Source: Octopus vulgaris (taxonomy: Eukaryota). Taken from it: a stretch of DNA of 64,000 bases. The notes under the pieces were generated by a model, which was not told the DNA's origin, made no database searches, and saw nothing but the letters and a program-made list of their open reading frames with translations. Of the stretch, positions 12,573 to 25,424 are shown in pieces. Each line of letters starts with the position of its first letter. Positions within the stretch are counted from its first letter, which is position 1. The DNA lies in NCBI GenBank assembly GCA_951406725.2, contig OX597832.1, positions 682,001 through 746,000 on the forward strand, written 5' to 3'. The position numbers and the translations under genes were made by a program.

Positions 12573-12730
12573 ATATTTCGGAATGGTCATATTGCCAGTT
12601 TAGCCAATAAAAACATATAGTGCGTGTGTTTTTATTGGCTAAACTGGCAATATGACCATTCCGAAATATAACAATATCTGTTTCAACACACGACTTCACA
12701 TAAAAAATCTTGCACAACAAATATTTAAAC

Positions 12731-12733
<3 letters not shown>
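12567..12733. mobile_element. Short fold-back insertion (family F): 49-bp inverted arms plus a 58-bp tail
   Basis: Arms 12567-12615 and 12627-12675. Same sequence as 61869-62309 and 34827-34878. Confidence 0.85.
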
Positions 12734-12771
<38 letters not shown>

Positions 12772-13037
12772 TGTATGTATGAATGTATGTATGTATGTAT
12801 GTATGTATGTATGTATGTATGTATGTATGTATGTAGGTAGGTAGATAGGTAGGTAGGTAGGTAGGTAGGTAGGTAGGTAGGTAGGTAGGTAGGTAGGTAG
12901 GTAGGTAGGTAGGTAGGTAGGTAGGTAGGTACACATATACACGCACGTAGATGCAAAACAAGGTGGAGTAAAATAGCATTCAAGCACTAAAGATAGAGTA
13001 AAAGATAGAAATTATTAAATCTGAAAAACTCAAATTA

Positions 13038-15135
13038 CATAGTCCTGCGACCAAAAATTGCTTCACACTTAGGTGAAATTTATCAAATTTTACCTGCTGG
13101 TTTAAAAAATTATTGTATCACCTACAGTTTCTTCACAAAATCGGTCATAGCATTTTACCATTATGCCCAAATTTTACTGAGTGAGAGAGCAGCGCATGCC
13201 ATCAAAATGACACTGGGATACAAACATACGAAGCCCAATATACCCACCATAACTACCCGTCTGATAGGCGTACACCAGGCAGATACACCACAACCATATG
13301 AGAGCGACATGGTGATCTCATATCAAGATTAACAGCGCATGACCTTGCAGGTGGGGGCCTTGTTAGAATTTTCTTCAGGTCAAGTAGCCCATACCACTCA
13401 AACGGTCCCTGAATAAGGATGTTCAACGAAACACCCATGTTTCCAGGGGTGAATTATTCAAACCCCAAATAACTCCTCTCAACACATGGCTATGATGCTC
13501 CCCCACTACTTCTGATCGTGATCAGAGATGCACATATCGTCAGCCACTAAGGGACATGGTCAATTGGTTAAGGTCAAGCAACTGACAAGTAAATCTGTGA
13601 TATTGAGCAGAATATTTGCTGTAGTCCATATTTTACACCATGACAAAACATGTACATGATAACCCTTCCAAATAGTTAAGATCAGAAGTCATGAGAGCCA
13701 CTGCCCGGTACTTCATCAGGGCATCATTAAGGCTGGCAAAGGTATCAGTAGAACTTTTAGATTAAATCCAAGACTGCCTCTCGCGCATCATTCTATTGGT
13801 ATCGTAACCGCAAAAAGGAACTTGTTCCTTATTTCCCTCAAGAAAATGAGTTGGTTTATTGAATAGGCTAATCAGAACTAATAAGAAAGTATGGCATAAG
13901 TTACAGCCCTGATGACTGGAGACTTTTTATTGACTCTTTTTAAAGAGAAGTCTTAAAGCTGTTCTACTGCAGAATGCGCTTTCATCCCTGTTGGACACGG
14001 AATGATCAAGAAGAAAACATGAAAATCTGGTGTCACTCTTACGCAAATATAAATTCAAAAATCACAACTTGATGATTTGCGGCGACTTGAAAATAATTTG
14101 CATGCAGCTCGGACAACAGTTAGAGTACACAGAATTTCTTTGTTTCTTGTGTGGATCGTACAACAGAGCCAGGAACCTCCATTGACCTAAAAAAAAAGGA
14201 TCAAGTAGGAATACGCTTACACCAGAAAACAAAGAATATCCTTCGAGAAAGTTTGATTGATCCGAAAAGGGTTCTTTTGCTTCCTTTACATATAAGAATT
14301 GACCTCATTAAGCAATTCGTAAAAGCTTTTCCATAGGATGGAGAGGGTTTCAAGTATTTGCGTAACAAGTTCCCTAATTCTATCAGACGCCAAGGTCAAA
14401 GAAAGTTTATTTATAGTACCAGCTGTAAGAAAATTCGTCAAAAATGAAAATTTTGAAAACTCTCTTAGTGATTCTCAAAAAGATGCACGGATTAGTTTTA
14501 AAGAAATTAAGAACTTCTTGGGTAATCACAAAGAACCAAACTACAAAGGTCCAGCGAGAAGAATGTTTGAAAATTTCGGAACCCTAGGATGTAAAATGAG
14601 CATTAAATTTCATTTCCTACATAAAAAAATCTGGGTATGTGAGTGAGGAGCAGGGGAAAAAGTTTCATCAAGACATAAAGGAGATGCAAAGAAGATATCA
14701 GGGAAGGTGAAATATCAGTATGATCGTTGACTACTACTGGATGTTGCATCGTGAATGTTCATCAAATGTTCACAAGCGAAAGAGTTCCTGACGTAGCTTC
14801 CAAGTGAAAAAGAATAGATCGGGGGGGGGGGGGATGGCGAACCTAAAACATAAATTGAAATCCTTGTAAAAAAGTATTTTCTCACCTTTCAATTGAATTT
14901 GTACCATTTTATTTCGCTAAATAAAGTACCAAATCCATTTTCATTAGTTTAATTTTTGTCCTATCATATGTGGATTTTCCTACAAATTATAGTATATTTT
15001 ATCATTAAATTGTCGGAAAAGCTTAGTTAATGGATACAGCTGTTTTGATATTTCTAATTAGCACCACAAAAATATATAAAGTAACGTGTAATTACCAAAA
15101 CAATTTTCAAAAAAGTTCTATTTCGCAAACCTGTG
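13038..15135 (+). mobile_element. Degenerate Chapaev3-like (CMC superfamily) DNA transposon
   Basis: Relic motifs DWRLFIDS, ICGDLK, LLLPLHIRIDLIKQFVKA, LSDAKVKE, NFLGNHK, LGCKMSIKFHFLH, EEQGKKFHQDIKEMQRRYQGR. Termini TTA|CATAGTCCTGCGA ... TCGCAAACCTGTG|TAA. Family assigned from recalled motifs. Confidence 0.7.
13179..13722 (-). mobile_element. About 545-bp non-coding interspersed repeat (family D) associated with (AAT)n
   Basis: Homologous partial copies at 61173-61615 and 62776-63061, both abutting (TTA)n tracts. Confidence 0.85.
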
Positions 15136-16485
15136 TAATTTGTGAAGTTTTTCCGTTTCAAACACTATATACAACGAAATTCACAACGATGACATGTGTC
15201 TCGTTAGGCAGAAGCCCTGATCAATTGAGTCCAGACCAATGAATCTGACAAGACTTGATGGTCTTGTTTACAATTTAAGCTAATAAAATGTATGTATGTA
15301 TTACGTATTTATGTAAAGGGAAAAAGGATTAAAAATCCAGGCGAATACTTGGGTCAAACTTGGGTAACTAAATTGTCTAGTGAAAGCCATTTAAATCCAC
15401 ATCGGCCGTAAAATTGTTTTCATGTCAGTCCAATTTGTAAATTCAAAGTTCAAGCACCGAATATATTTTGCATAAGGTCACAAAATATAGAAGAAAACAC
15501 AAAGAATGGAGAATTATGCATGCTTTCATTCGTTTACGCACGTTTTGGATAGAATGGCATTTCAAAATTCTGCGATGCAGAAATCATACATATTAATCTA
15601 TCGCATTTTTGATCGACAAAGATTCTACAGAGACAGAGAAATTTAACACCATCCTATCTTTATCAAAGCTATACGACACTGCTTAAAATAGGGAACATTT
15701 TAAGGAAGACATATAATAATATTTATACATATATAAATATGCGTGCGCAAACATGGCTTCCGGCCTGTATTGTTATATTCCTCAACACCCTCAGCTTATA
15801 TATAATTTATTGCTTGTTTTTGGCTGACAATTCTTTTTTCACACTGACAGGTGCAAACTTGTTTGCTGAAATATAAGGAACATGAATCGAGATGCTCACT
15901 TTTTCCTGAGCAGAAGAAAGCGGAATTATTCTGAAGTAAATGGATTTTGACTGACCCTTAGCCAAAAACACGATTGGTAACAAGTGTATGACGCAAATAA
16001 TAATAAAAATTATTCAATGTATGATAACAGAGGATAGGGGAAAGAGAAATGGCGTAAAATAAAAATTTTATGTATTAAAGCTCAACCGTATCCAAGAGTC
16101 TTTATTGATTATAAAAATGTAAAGATAATTTTTATCAATTAAGAAATAAGAAAATGAATATATGAAGAAAGAAAGACCTTGCAGAAGAAATTTAAACGCA
16201 ATGATCATAATTGGGTGGTAAAGAACGTATACAATTAATGTCTAAAAAAATAACGAGAACTGTGTGGTAGTGAAACAAACCAATTATTAAAATATTTTCT
16301 TTCTCTTTCTCCTTCCCTTTCACATTCCCTCTCTCCTTCACTCCCACCCTCTTTTTCATGCACAATCACACACACGCGTGTGTGTGTGTGTGTTTGTCTG
16401 TGAGGTGTGTATGCAATTTGATCTCTCTGTAAAATGTTGGCTGAATTAGTTTTACCCACCTCAGTATTCCAATGTTTGAGACTGG

Positions 16486-16624
16486 TGTCCTGCATTCGGT
16501 ACACATTGCAAAGCATGTGGAAAACTTAACCACTGGGAAAAAAATGTGTAAGTTGACAAAATCCCAGAAATACAAGCCCCAATTTTCAAAGAGGAGCGGA
16601 AATAGAAGAAGAAATATACACAGC
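16486..16624 (+). pseudogene. Gypsy gag zinc-knuckle fragment
   Basis: CPAFGTHCKACGKLNHWEK(frameshift)MC, a CCHC knuckle, followed by RRRNIHS. Confidence 0.7.
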
Positions 16625-16733
16625 GTAGTAATACTGTTTACTTTAAAACACAGTTCGTACTGTTCACTAACAAATAGTGCCAAAGTGGGGATGTATTCTA
16701 CACACATATACATATAGATATGAATGTGTAACA
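16624..16733 (-). repeat. Candidate short 3' LTR of the Gypsy element
   Basis: On the minus strand the purine tract AAGAAGACGGGA directly precedes TGTTACA, and AGTAAA lies near the putative end. No second LTR is present to confirm it. Confidence 0.4.
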
Positions 16734-17166
16734 TCCCGTCTTCTTGAAAGAAAAAAGGGTCTTTTGGCAGTGAAGGCAATTTTAGTAGTCTCCCTTACTC
16801 TAATGCATTGTCAGCGCGAGGTGGCAATCCTGCAGCAGAAACCGTGTGATTATTCTGCCTCTGCTTTGTAATCTACCAGAATTATTTACTTATCTTACCT
16901 TTTTTGGGGGGGGAAAAAAACTTTATCATGTATAAAAAGAGAAAATATTTACATTTTTTTTCAAAATATACCATCAGTTCAATTGCCTAAAAAAATTAAA
17001 TAGGAAATGAAAACCAAATTGAGTATAATTAAATTAATCATAGCAGTTTTTGAAAGTTCATGTATATTTTTTTCCTTTAATGGTATCGAACCGGTGGCAG
17101 GATGTTGTTTCTCCATCTGGTGGATCTTGTGCTTCGCACCGGTGTCTGAGGTGTGATGTTGGGCTG

Positions 17167-17327
17167 CTGATGGGTGGTTGGTGCCCATTGGGATGATGAT
17201 TCTGTGGGTGTTGTCACCGACGCTGTAGGTGTTGTACACGTTGTCTGCTGATGGGTGGTTGGTGCCCGTTGGGATGATGATTCTGTGAGTGTTGTCACTG
17301 ATGCAGCAGGTGTTGTACACGTTGTCC
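17167..17327. repeat. Two-copy 81-bp tandem repeat in the integrase C-terminal tail
   Basis: Encodes TTCTTPAASVTTLTESSSQRAPTTHQQ and TTCTTPTASVTTPTESSSQWAPTTHQQ. Confidence 0.9.
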
Positions 17328-17654
17328 TCAACAGCTTTGGTGTTGGGCGGATGTGGGCCCTGTTGCGTCTCAGCTGCCTACCAGATTCCGTTTCTATTAT
17401 ATACGATCTTGGGGTTTTAGCTCTACTGACAACTTGTGCTGGAATCCATGTTTTAGTTATGGGATCTTGAGTATGCACATGTTGTCCTCCAAGTATCTCA
17501 AGTAAGTATTGTGCATGTTTGTTGTAATATTTCTGTGTTTGTTCTTGAGTGGCTGCTAACTTTGCCCTTGTCTCTTCCTGGTCAATAGGAGGTTGGATCT
17601 TACTTGGCAGGGTAGTTTTGTACTTCCTGCCATTCAGCAATTCTGCTGGGGATT

Positions 17655-20216
17655 TCATATCAGTGGTGTCGCTCGTAGGGACAGAAGTGCCATGTGTGGG
17701 TCTTCCTTAGTCTCTCGGCATTTGACTAGTGTTCTCTTCACTGTCTGCACCTGTCTTTCTATAAACCCATGACCTTTGGGGTAGTGTGGAGATGAGGTTG
17801 TAATATTGAACCCATACTCATCGGCTAGCTTTTTGAATTCCTGCGATGTGAACTGGGTTCCATTGTCACATATGATCTGCTCTGGTATTCCTTGCTCTGC
17901 TAGAAGTCCTCGAGCCACTGTAGTGATTGTTTTGGCTCTCAGGTCCTTCATTTTTCTCACAAATGGAAATTTGGAGTAGTAGCAGACCATAATCAAATAC
18001 CATTCTTGGCCCTCTGTGAACAGATCTGCTCCAATAGTTTGCCATGGCCTTCTTGGGATGTCACTAGATATCATTTTCTCCTTTTGTTGTGAGTTTCTGT
18101 ACTTTTGACAGATGTGGCATGTAGAAACTGTCTTTTCTATGTCTTTGTACATGCCTACCCAATATACTGCTGACTTGGCTCGGAGCTTGCATTTCTCCAT
18201 TCCTAGATGCCCTTGGTGGATCTTGTTAAAAATCTCTTTTTGCATTGACTTGGGTATAATTATTCGGGATCCAGCCATCAGGATTCCATTCTCCACTGAT
18301 ATATCATCATGGATGGCCCAATATTCACGAATTAGGAGCTGCACCTGATGTCTCTTTTCTGGCCACCCCTGAATCACCATCTGAGTAAGGAGCTGGAGTT
18401 CTTCATCTTTGCTGGTCTCCTCTTTGATTTCTGCTAGCTTTGTGGTTGTTACATTCACAATGTGGTGGACCTTTATGCTTACTCCTTCCATCTCATGTTT
18501 ATCATGTGATGATAGTCTGGACAGAGCATACGCCAATATCAGGTCTTTTCCTGGCTTGTACCTGATATCGTAGTCGTATGTTTGAAGTCTTAACAGTAAT
18601 CTTTGCAGTCTGGCTGGTGCTTTCATGATGTTTTTTCTATGTATTTGTTCTAGCGGGCGATGGTCTGTTTCAATATTGAAATGTCTGCCATACAGATATG
18701 TATGGAACTTTTCACATCCATATACTACTGCCAGGAGTTCCCTTTCAATATTTGCGTACCTTGTCTCTGTGGGTGAGAGAGCTTTCAAGGCATATGCAAT
18801 GGGTTTACCTTCCTGTATCAGTGCTGCGCCAACTCCTCTCATAGAAGCATCGACTTGGAGTATTACTGGTTTGCGTCTGCCATAGTATTGCAGAGTTGTC
18901 TCCTTACTGATGAGCTTTTTGATTGCTTCGAAATCCTGTGTGTGAGAAGCACACCAATCAAACTCTACGTCATCTTTGTTTAGTTCTCGGAGATTTGCAG
19001 TGAGATCGGCCAGCTTGGGTATGAAGGCTCCCATGTAGTGGATGAGTTCCAGGAAGCTCCTGAGTTCCTTCTTGTCTTTAGGTTCTTTAATGTCTCTGAT
19101 GGCTTCCACTTTAGCGGGGTCTGGTTTAACTCTCTCTGCAGAGTATATAATTCCAAAGAATTTGCACTCTTTTGCTTTTACCTCACACTTGTTTGCATTG
19201 AGTTTGATGCCTGCTTGTCGGGTTTTCTCCATAGCTTCATGTAAATTGAAGTCATGTGTGGTCTCATCCTTACCATGCACTTGGATGTCGTCTGCTATCC
19301 CAATTGCTCCCTTGCAGCCTTCGTAGGTCTCATCTATTTGGCTCTGGAAAACATCTTGGCTCACCTTCAATTCAAATGGGAGTCGGTTGAATCGATATCT
19401 GCCAAATAGTGTGTTGAAGGTAGTGAGCATGGATGACTCTTCGTCTATTTTTACATTCCAGTACCCATTACTGGCATCTAGTTTGCTGAATAATTTGGAC
19501 CCGGCCAATGATGGTGTGATTTCTTCAAGGGTTGGAATTGGATGGTACTCTCTTTTTAATGCCTTGTTCAGGTCCCGTGGGTCGAGGCATATCCGTAGGG
19601 TACCATTGGGTTTTTCCTTGATTACAATTGAATTTACCCAGTCTGTTGGTCGTGTCACTTTGGTGATTATTTCTTTTTTTTCCATTCTGTCCAACTCTGT
19701 CTTCAGCTTCTCTTTTAGTTCTAGAGAGACGCGGCGAGGTGGGTGAACAATTGGCTTGATATTGGGGTCGACTGTTATAGGGTATCGACATTTCACAAAG
19801 CACCCGGCTGTATCGTCAAAGCATTCAGGGTACATGCTCATCAGTTCCTTTTTGTTTGTGATTGGTGGTCGGTCTTTGATAGGCATATCACTGTCAATCC
19901 TGCTCGGAGTTGCCTTCACTTCACCATTGATTGACACAATATTTAGCTTTTTGCAGGTATTGAGTCCAAGAATTGCTGGTCTTTCTGTTCTTGTGACATA
20001 AAAAGAACACTTGATTATTTTTCCTTTGTGTGTCCCTGTAATTGTTGTTTTACCCAGTTGTGGAATCCTGGTAGCTCCGTACGCAGTGAGGATTACATCA
20101 CTTGGTGTGAGGATTCCTTTTTTGATTTTATCCTCTTGTGTCATGTGTTCTGGGAACATCTTCTTGTAAAGGTTGACAGGCAAGATATCACTCTGGGCTC
20201 CAGTGTCAATCTTCAA
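17655..20216 (-). CDS. pol: Ty3/Gypsy (K02A2.6-like) pol polyprotein: protease, RT, RNase H, integrase. Continues after a frameshift into 17077-17658
   Basis: KIDTGAQ, LRICLDPRDLN, KLDASNGYW, IADDI, VDAS..YANIERELLA..TDHRPL, HQGH..C..C, IGADLF..DNGTQF..IERQV. Confidence 0.95.
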   Translation of the reverse strand: MKIDTGAQSDILPVNLYKKMFPEHMTQEDKIKKGILTPSDVILTAYGATRIPQLGKTTITGTHKGKIIKCSFYVTRTERPAILGLNTCKKLNIVSINGEVKATPSRIDSDMPIKDRPPITNKKELMSMYPECFDDTAGCFVKCRYPITVDPNIKPIVHPPRRVSLELKEKLKTELDRMEKKEIITKVTRPTDWVNSIVIKEKPNGTLRICLDPRDLNKALKREYHPIPTLEEITPSLAGSKLFSKLDASNGYWNVKIDEESSMLTTFNTLFGRYRFNRLPFELKVSQDVFQSQIDETYEGCKGAIGIADDIQVHGKDETTHDFNLHEAMEKTRQAGIKLNANKCEVKAKECKFFGIIYSAERVKPDPAKVEAIRDIKEPKDKKELRSFLELIHYMGAFIPKLADLTANLRELNKDDVEFDWCASHTQDFEAIKKLISKETTLQYYGRRKPVILQVDASMRGVGAALIQEGKPIAYALKALSPTETRYANIERELLAVVYGCEKFHTYLYGRHFNIETDHRPLEQIHRKNIMKAPARLQRLLLRLQTYDYDIRYKPGKDLILAYALSRLSSHDKHEMEGVSIKVHHIVNVTTTKLAEIKEETSKDEELQLLTQMVIQGWPEKRHQVQLLIREYWAIHDDISVENGILMAGSRIIIPKSMQKEIFNKIHQGHLGMEKCKLRAKSAVYWVGMYKDIEKTVSTCHICQKYRNSQQKEKMISSDIPRRPWQTIGADLFTEGQEWYLIMVCYYSKFPFVRKMKDLRAKTITTVARGLLAEQGIPEQIICDNGTQFTSQEFKKLADEYGFNITTSSPHYPKGHGFIERQVQTVKRTLVKCRETKEDPHMALLSLRATPLI

Positions 20217-20805
20217 CCTTAAGTCAATGTTTATTCTTTTCTTGCCAGCCTTCTTTTGAATTCTTATTGTTGTGTATGCCTCATTTTTTTCTGGTCGCCC
20301 TTTCCCATCTCATGCACATTTATTGTGCCGACTGCCAAGAATTCCTCCTCTGAGGTGTTTTGTTCCTGTTGTTGTGCATGTATATCTCTTCTTCTTTTTT
20401 CTTTTTGGTGGCAGTGATGGGATTGCATTGTCAGTAGAAATAACCTCGATAACAAAAATTGCCATCAACTAAAATACTGTAGGCGTATGTTTTTTTTTTT
20501 TACCACTAAAAATATAACTGGAAGTTAAAAACTACAACTCTGGTGTTTCTTCGCATCGCATCAATAATTAATTCAAATTAAAAGAAAAAAAAAGTTTTAT
20601 GCACTCACATCACCCAAGAGTCGTAGCAACGGTTTTCGTCGTCAGATTAACAAATGTAAACCACCTACAACTTGCACAGTTATAATTCTTTTTTTTTTTT
20701 TTGTAACAGAAACGAAGTAATTTATAATGCAAAATAACAAGTGCGAAAGAATTAATGAAAATATATATTACTGATGGTATCAAACTGGCATTATACAGAT
20801 TGTGA

Positions 20806-21424
20806 AAATATGTTAAATATTGATTTCAGATTTTGGCTCAAGGCCAGCAGTTTTGGGGAAAGGAATAGGTCGATTACATCGACCCAAGTGTTACACTGGT
20901 ACTTATTTTATCGACCCCGAAAGGATGAAAGGCGAAGTCCACCTCGGCGGAATTTGAACACAGAACGTAAGGACAGACGAAATACCTATTTCTTTACTAC
21001 CCACAAGGGGCTAAACACGGAGGGGACAGACAAGGACAGACAAACGGATTAAGTCGATTACATCGACCCCAGTGCGTAACTGGTACTTAATTTATCGACC
21101 CCGAAAGGATGAAAGGCAAAGTCGACCTCGGCGGAATTTGAACTCAGAACGTAACGACAGACGAAATATTGCTACGCATTTCGCCCGGCGTGCTAACGTT
21201 TCTGCCAGCTCGCCGCCCTAAATATGTTAAATATTGATTTCAAATTTCGACAGAAGACCAGTAGGTTCGGGGAGAGTACTCGATTAGGTACTTATTTTAT
21301 CGACCCGGAAAGGGTGAAAGGCAGAGTTGATCTCAGAACGTAAAGACGGATAAAATGCCGCAAAGCATTTTCCCCGGCGTGCTAACAATTCTGCCAGTTC
21401 GCCGCTATAAATATGTTAGATATT
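20806..21424 (-). mobile_element. Cluster of three tRNA-derived SINEs (family B; core resembles the Meta-domain SINE core)
   Basis: Repeated TTTATCGACCCCGAAAGGATGAAAGGC core. Minus-strand head GGCGGCGAGCTGGCAGAA...GAGTTCAAATTCC. Confidence 0.85.
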
Positions 21425-21973
21425 AATAGTTGATATCTATAGTAAATACATGTAAGATCGAGCGATGAAAATATCTAAATATAGTCGACCAAAAAGTTAG
21501 AAGATTGTTAGAATTAAAATGTCACTAACAAGGACAGAATTAAAAATACGTAGAAAAGCGTCACAAGGTGAACATTCGTTCAAGTCGTATCGCATTCCAA
21601 ACTTGATAAACAAACTAAGAGTATTGTAAATTCAAATGAATAATATTTGCATGAAATGCAATCTGCATCAGTAAAATGATGGCTATGAATTTATGAAAGA
21701 TTCAGGCTTAAATGGGCTCTGAAAATATCGAAGGTCATTTGTATAATTGATGGAAAGAGATTTTTTTACCAAGGTTTGCATTACGTCGACTCGTTTCTAC
21801 TAAATTTAGAAGCAAAACTTAAAAGACAATTTTGAAAATATAAATCGTTTAAAGGAGTGTCTCTCTGTGAAGGTCCTGTTAGCAACACAGTTTCTCCTTT
21901 CAACAATTATATGTCAAGATACCGTTGCAATGTATCACACTGCATAAAGCAAAACTAAATACAAACACAGTCA

Positions 21974-22327
21974 TCTCTCTATATATAAACAGCAAAATGT
22001 CTGTGTGTGTGTCCTTTATACAAATCCACAATTTTTCAATTAGAGGGCTCGCACTTTCTATGATCATTCAAAACCGTCCAAGGGTAGTGGTGCACATCTT
22101 TACAATTCCCCAGTCACCCCGATAAGTCATTAAAAAATCAATAGGAATGACTTTTTTGTGAAATTTCTATCCAAAACCCAATCAAAATGCCCGAAACTTG
22201 ATACGCCAATTGAATGCTAGCTAGCTGTATGTGATTGGTTGGAGATTTGGACAGTACTCGCGTGTATGTACGCACGCACGCAGCTGTATATGAACTATGA
22301 CCCGGCAACGCCGGGTCATAGTGCTAG
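21974..22327 (+). mobile_element. Complete 354-bp non-autonomous Helitron
   Basis: A|TCTCTCTATATATAAA start, perfect 13-bp hairpin ACTATGACCCGGC-AAC-GCCGGGTCATAGT (22294-22322), CTAG|T end. Confidence 0.9.
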
Positions 22328-22449
22328 TTTTATATAAAATAACTCCAAAAATTAAGATATTAATAGACTGAACACGAGCAAGTCACAGATAACGCCCCTG
22401 AACGAAAACTGATGTCAACGGTCAGAAGTTCAAAGTCGACGGTACTGGC

Positions 22450-24952
22450 ATCGACTCCAGAGGCGCTTTTCAAGCCTTCCGAAAGCAACACTTGCTTTTC
22501 TAATTCTATATGGAATTTCATCATCCAAATTGCTATATCTATTAATAGTGCTTCCCAGGTAGACAAACTGATCAACTACATCAAGTCTTTTACCACACAC
22601 ATAGATATTTGGTACACTATACTGCTTACCAGGGGCAGGTTGGTGCATGACAACAGTTTTCTTGAGATTGACTGTCAATCCCAAGGCAGTGCAAGCATCA
22701 GAGAATGCATTCAAAATGTGTTGCATATCAATCTCTGTGTGCTACTAGCTCATAATCATCTGCATACAAAAGGTCTCTTATGATAGAGGTAAATACCTTT
22801 GATTTTGCAGCAAAGCGCCTGATATTAAATATGCTGCCAGAGGTTCGATAATAGATGTAAACACCGTATCTGCAGTTTCTGAATGCAATACAGAACACCA
22901 TCGCAAAATATATGGAAAAAAGGGTCGGTGCCAGAATATTCCCCTGTTTCACTTCATTTTGTATTGAAATGGGCTCCGACATTTTCCCTCTAACATTCAC
23001 CCTACCATTCATGTCTTCATGAAAAGACATAACCAAAGCAAGAAACTTTTCAGGACACCCAGATTTCTGGAGGACTTTCCACAATGCTTTTCTATTGACG
23101 GTATCAAAGGCTTTTGTCAAATCGACAAGAACCTGATACAAATCCAGACCCTGTTCCACACACTTCTCCTGAAGCTGTCTAGCTGAAAAGATCATATCAG
23201 CAGTGCCACGTCCCACATGAAAGCCAGATTGACTTTCTGGAAGAACACAGTCTGCAATGTATTTCAGCAGACGATCCAGAAGTACCCTGCATAAAACCTT
23301 TCCTACGACAGAAAGCAATGATACTCCCCTATAATTACCACAATCATTCCTGTTGCCCTTTCCCTTATACAGGACCACTGTATCTCTCCAGTCCTCAGGT
23401 ACAGATTCACTAGTCCATAGCTTACCAAACAAAGAGTGAAGTTTCTGCAGAAGTTTCTCACCACCATGCTGTAACAACTCCGCATGTATGCCACCCATAC
23501 CCGGAGACTTCCCATTATTCAACCTTGAGACAGCCATTGCAACTTCTTCCAACTTTGGTGGTTCTGCGAGTGCCGCCTTCACAGGTAATCCAGGGATGAG
23601 ATTGAGAACATCCTCACTAACTACAGACTGCTGATTCATCAAAGTGTTCATCAAAGTGTTCTTGCCACCTTCGCAGAACTCCTTGTGAATCACGAAGTTC
23701 TTTACCATCCCTGCTTCGAAGTAATGTCATCAGGGAAGACTTCGGTCCATAAACTTCTCGCAAGAGACCATACAACAGCTTTGTGTTATTGGAATCTGAT
23801 GCCGCCTGTATCTCATCAGCCTTCTTACTCCACCACGTATCCCTCATCTGAGAGAGCCTTTGCCTCACACGTGATTTTACGTCCTTAAGTTCCCTATGCA
23901 ACACTTCCCTTTCCTGTGGCTTTGCTGACAAATAGCGTGACAAAGTACGTCTTTTATCAACCAATAAATCATCTATATGTTCATCATTTTCTTTAAACTA
24001 ATCTTGATGCTTTCTTTGTATCAATCTCAGGACTTTCTTGCCTATATCATAAACTGACTTTTTAAGGGTCGGTCAATCCTTCCCAATATCTGCAGCATTC
24101 ATTTCCTCTTGTAAAGTTCTCTTCACACTATTACAACTAAGACGATCAACATTCAGTCTTTTAGGCAAGGTAATCGCTGCGGCTCGGATTTTGTTTTGTG
24201 ACTAATTTCACTTTTGCACGTACTAGGCGGTGGTCAGTCCAACACTCAGCTCCACGAAGAACACGAACACACTGCACATCCTGTCTGTCACGCACCCTAA
24301 CAAGGATGTAATCCAGAATATGCCATTCTTTAGATGCAGAGTGCATCCATGTAGTCTTAAACTTATTCTTTTGTTGAAACACACAGACGCAGCTCGTCAC
24401 ACATCTGCAGCAAAAGCATGCCATTACTTTTACACTTCTCCACCCCATACTTTCCAATTACTGTCCATGTGTTAAAATCCCTACCCACTCTAGCATTAAA
24501 GTCACCCAGTACGATGGCTTTGTCTGCCGAGGGATATTTCTTATAATGCCCTTCAAAGCATGGCAGAAAGAAAGTTTTTCGTCATCAGTATAGCACATAG
24601 TTGAAGCATACACACTCACCAAGGTCATATAATTTCCTTTAACCAAAGGAATTCTTCCAACTTGTCCACAAGAGTAGTCTTAACAGCAAATGCTACTCCA
24701 GCTTCTCCTCTAAACTCTTCATTCCTCCCTTGGTTTAAATGGTTTAACCGCGCGATCGGGTATTCAGTCCGATTGTTTCTATGTCCCGCACATGATACAG
24801 CCTTAAGACATTTATTAGGTGGCCGTTGACTCTCAAGAGTTCCTCCTCACCAATCAAGCTTGGTGGGGTTGCCGGTTTAGTCGCCGACGACCCGACCATG
24901 CAACATGTTGTACTGGGTTACATGTTACCAGTAGCACTCGAAAGTGACCTGA

Positions 24953-24954
<2 letters not shown>
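22450..24954 (-). mobile_element. RTE-clade LINE (endonuclease and RT), 3'-truncated, with a probable 5' UTR at 24745-24954
   Basis: GVAFAVK, WHILDYILVR..CWTDHRLV, KSPGMGGI, NYRGVSLLS, VDLTKAFD, KQGNILAP, LLYADD. Same family as 57075-58625. Confidence 0.92.
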
Positions 24955-25014
<60 letters not shown>

Positions 25015-25228
25015 TCTTTTACTCTTTTACTTGTTTCAGTCATTTGATTGCGGCCATGCTGGAGCACCGCCTTTAGTCGAGCAACTCGACCCCGGGACTT
25101 ATTCTTTGTAAGCCCAGTACTTATTCTATCGGTTTCTTTTGCCGAACCGCTAAGTGACGGGGACGTAAACACACCAGCATCGGTTGTCAAGCAATGCTAG
25201 GGGGACAAACACAGACACACAAACACAC

Positions 25229-25333
<105 letters not shown>

Positions 25334-25424
25334 GGTGTGTGTATATATATATATATTTGTAAAAAATGAAGTTCGAAAATGCTGCTATAGTAGACCAATT
25401 TCTTAACTTTTATATATACATTAT

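Noticed and set aside
15851-15934. Possible host terminal exon after TTTTTTCACACTGACAG (VQTCLLKYKEHESRCSLFPEQKKAELF*)
   Set aside because: Short, with no recognisable domain and no partner exon, so it cannot be supported without transcript data.
20806-21424. CRISPR-like repeat-spacer pattern
   Set aside because: The spacers are homologous SINE copies of 170-400 bp, the context is eukaryotic and there are no cas genes.
24745-24954. HDV-like ribozyme in the RTE 5' region
   Set aside because: Plausible from family precedent and hairpins are present, but I could not assemble the nested double pseudoknot by eye.
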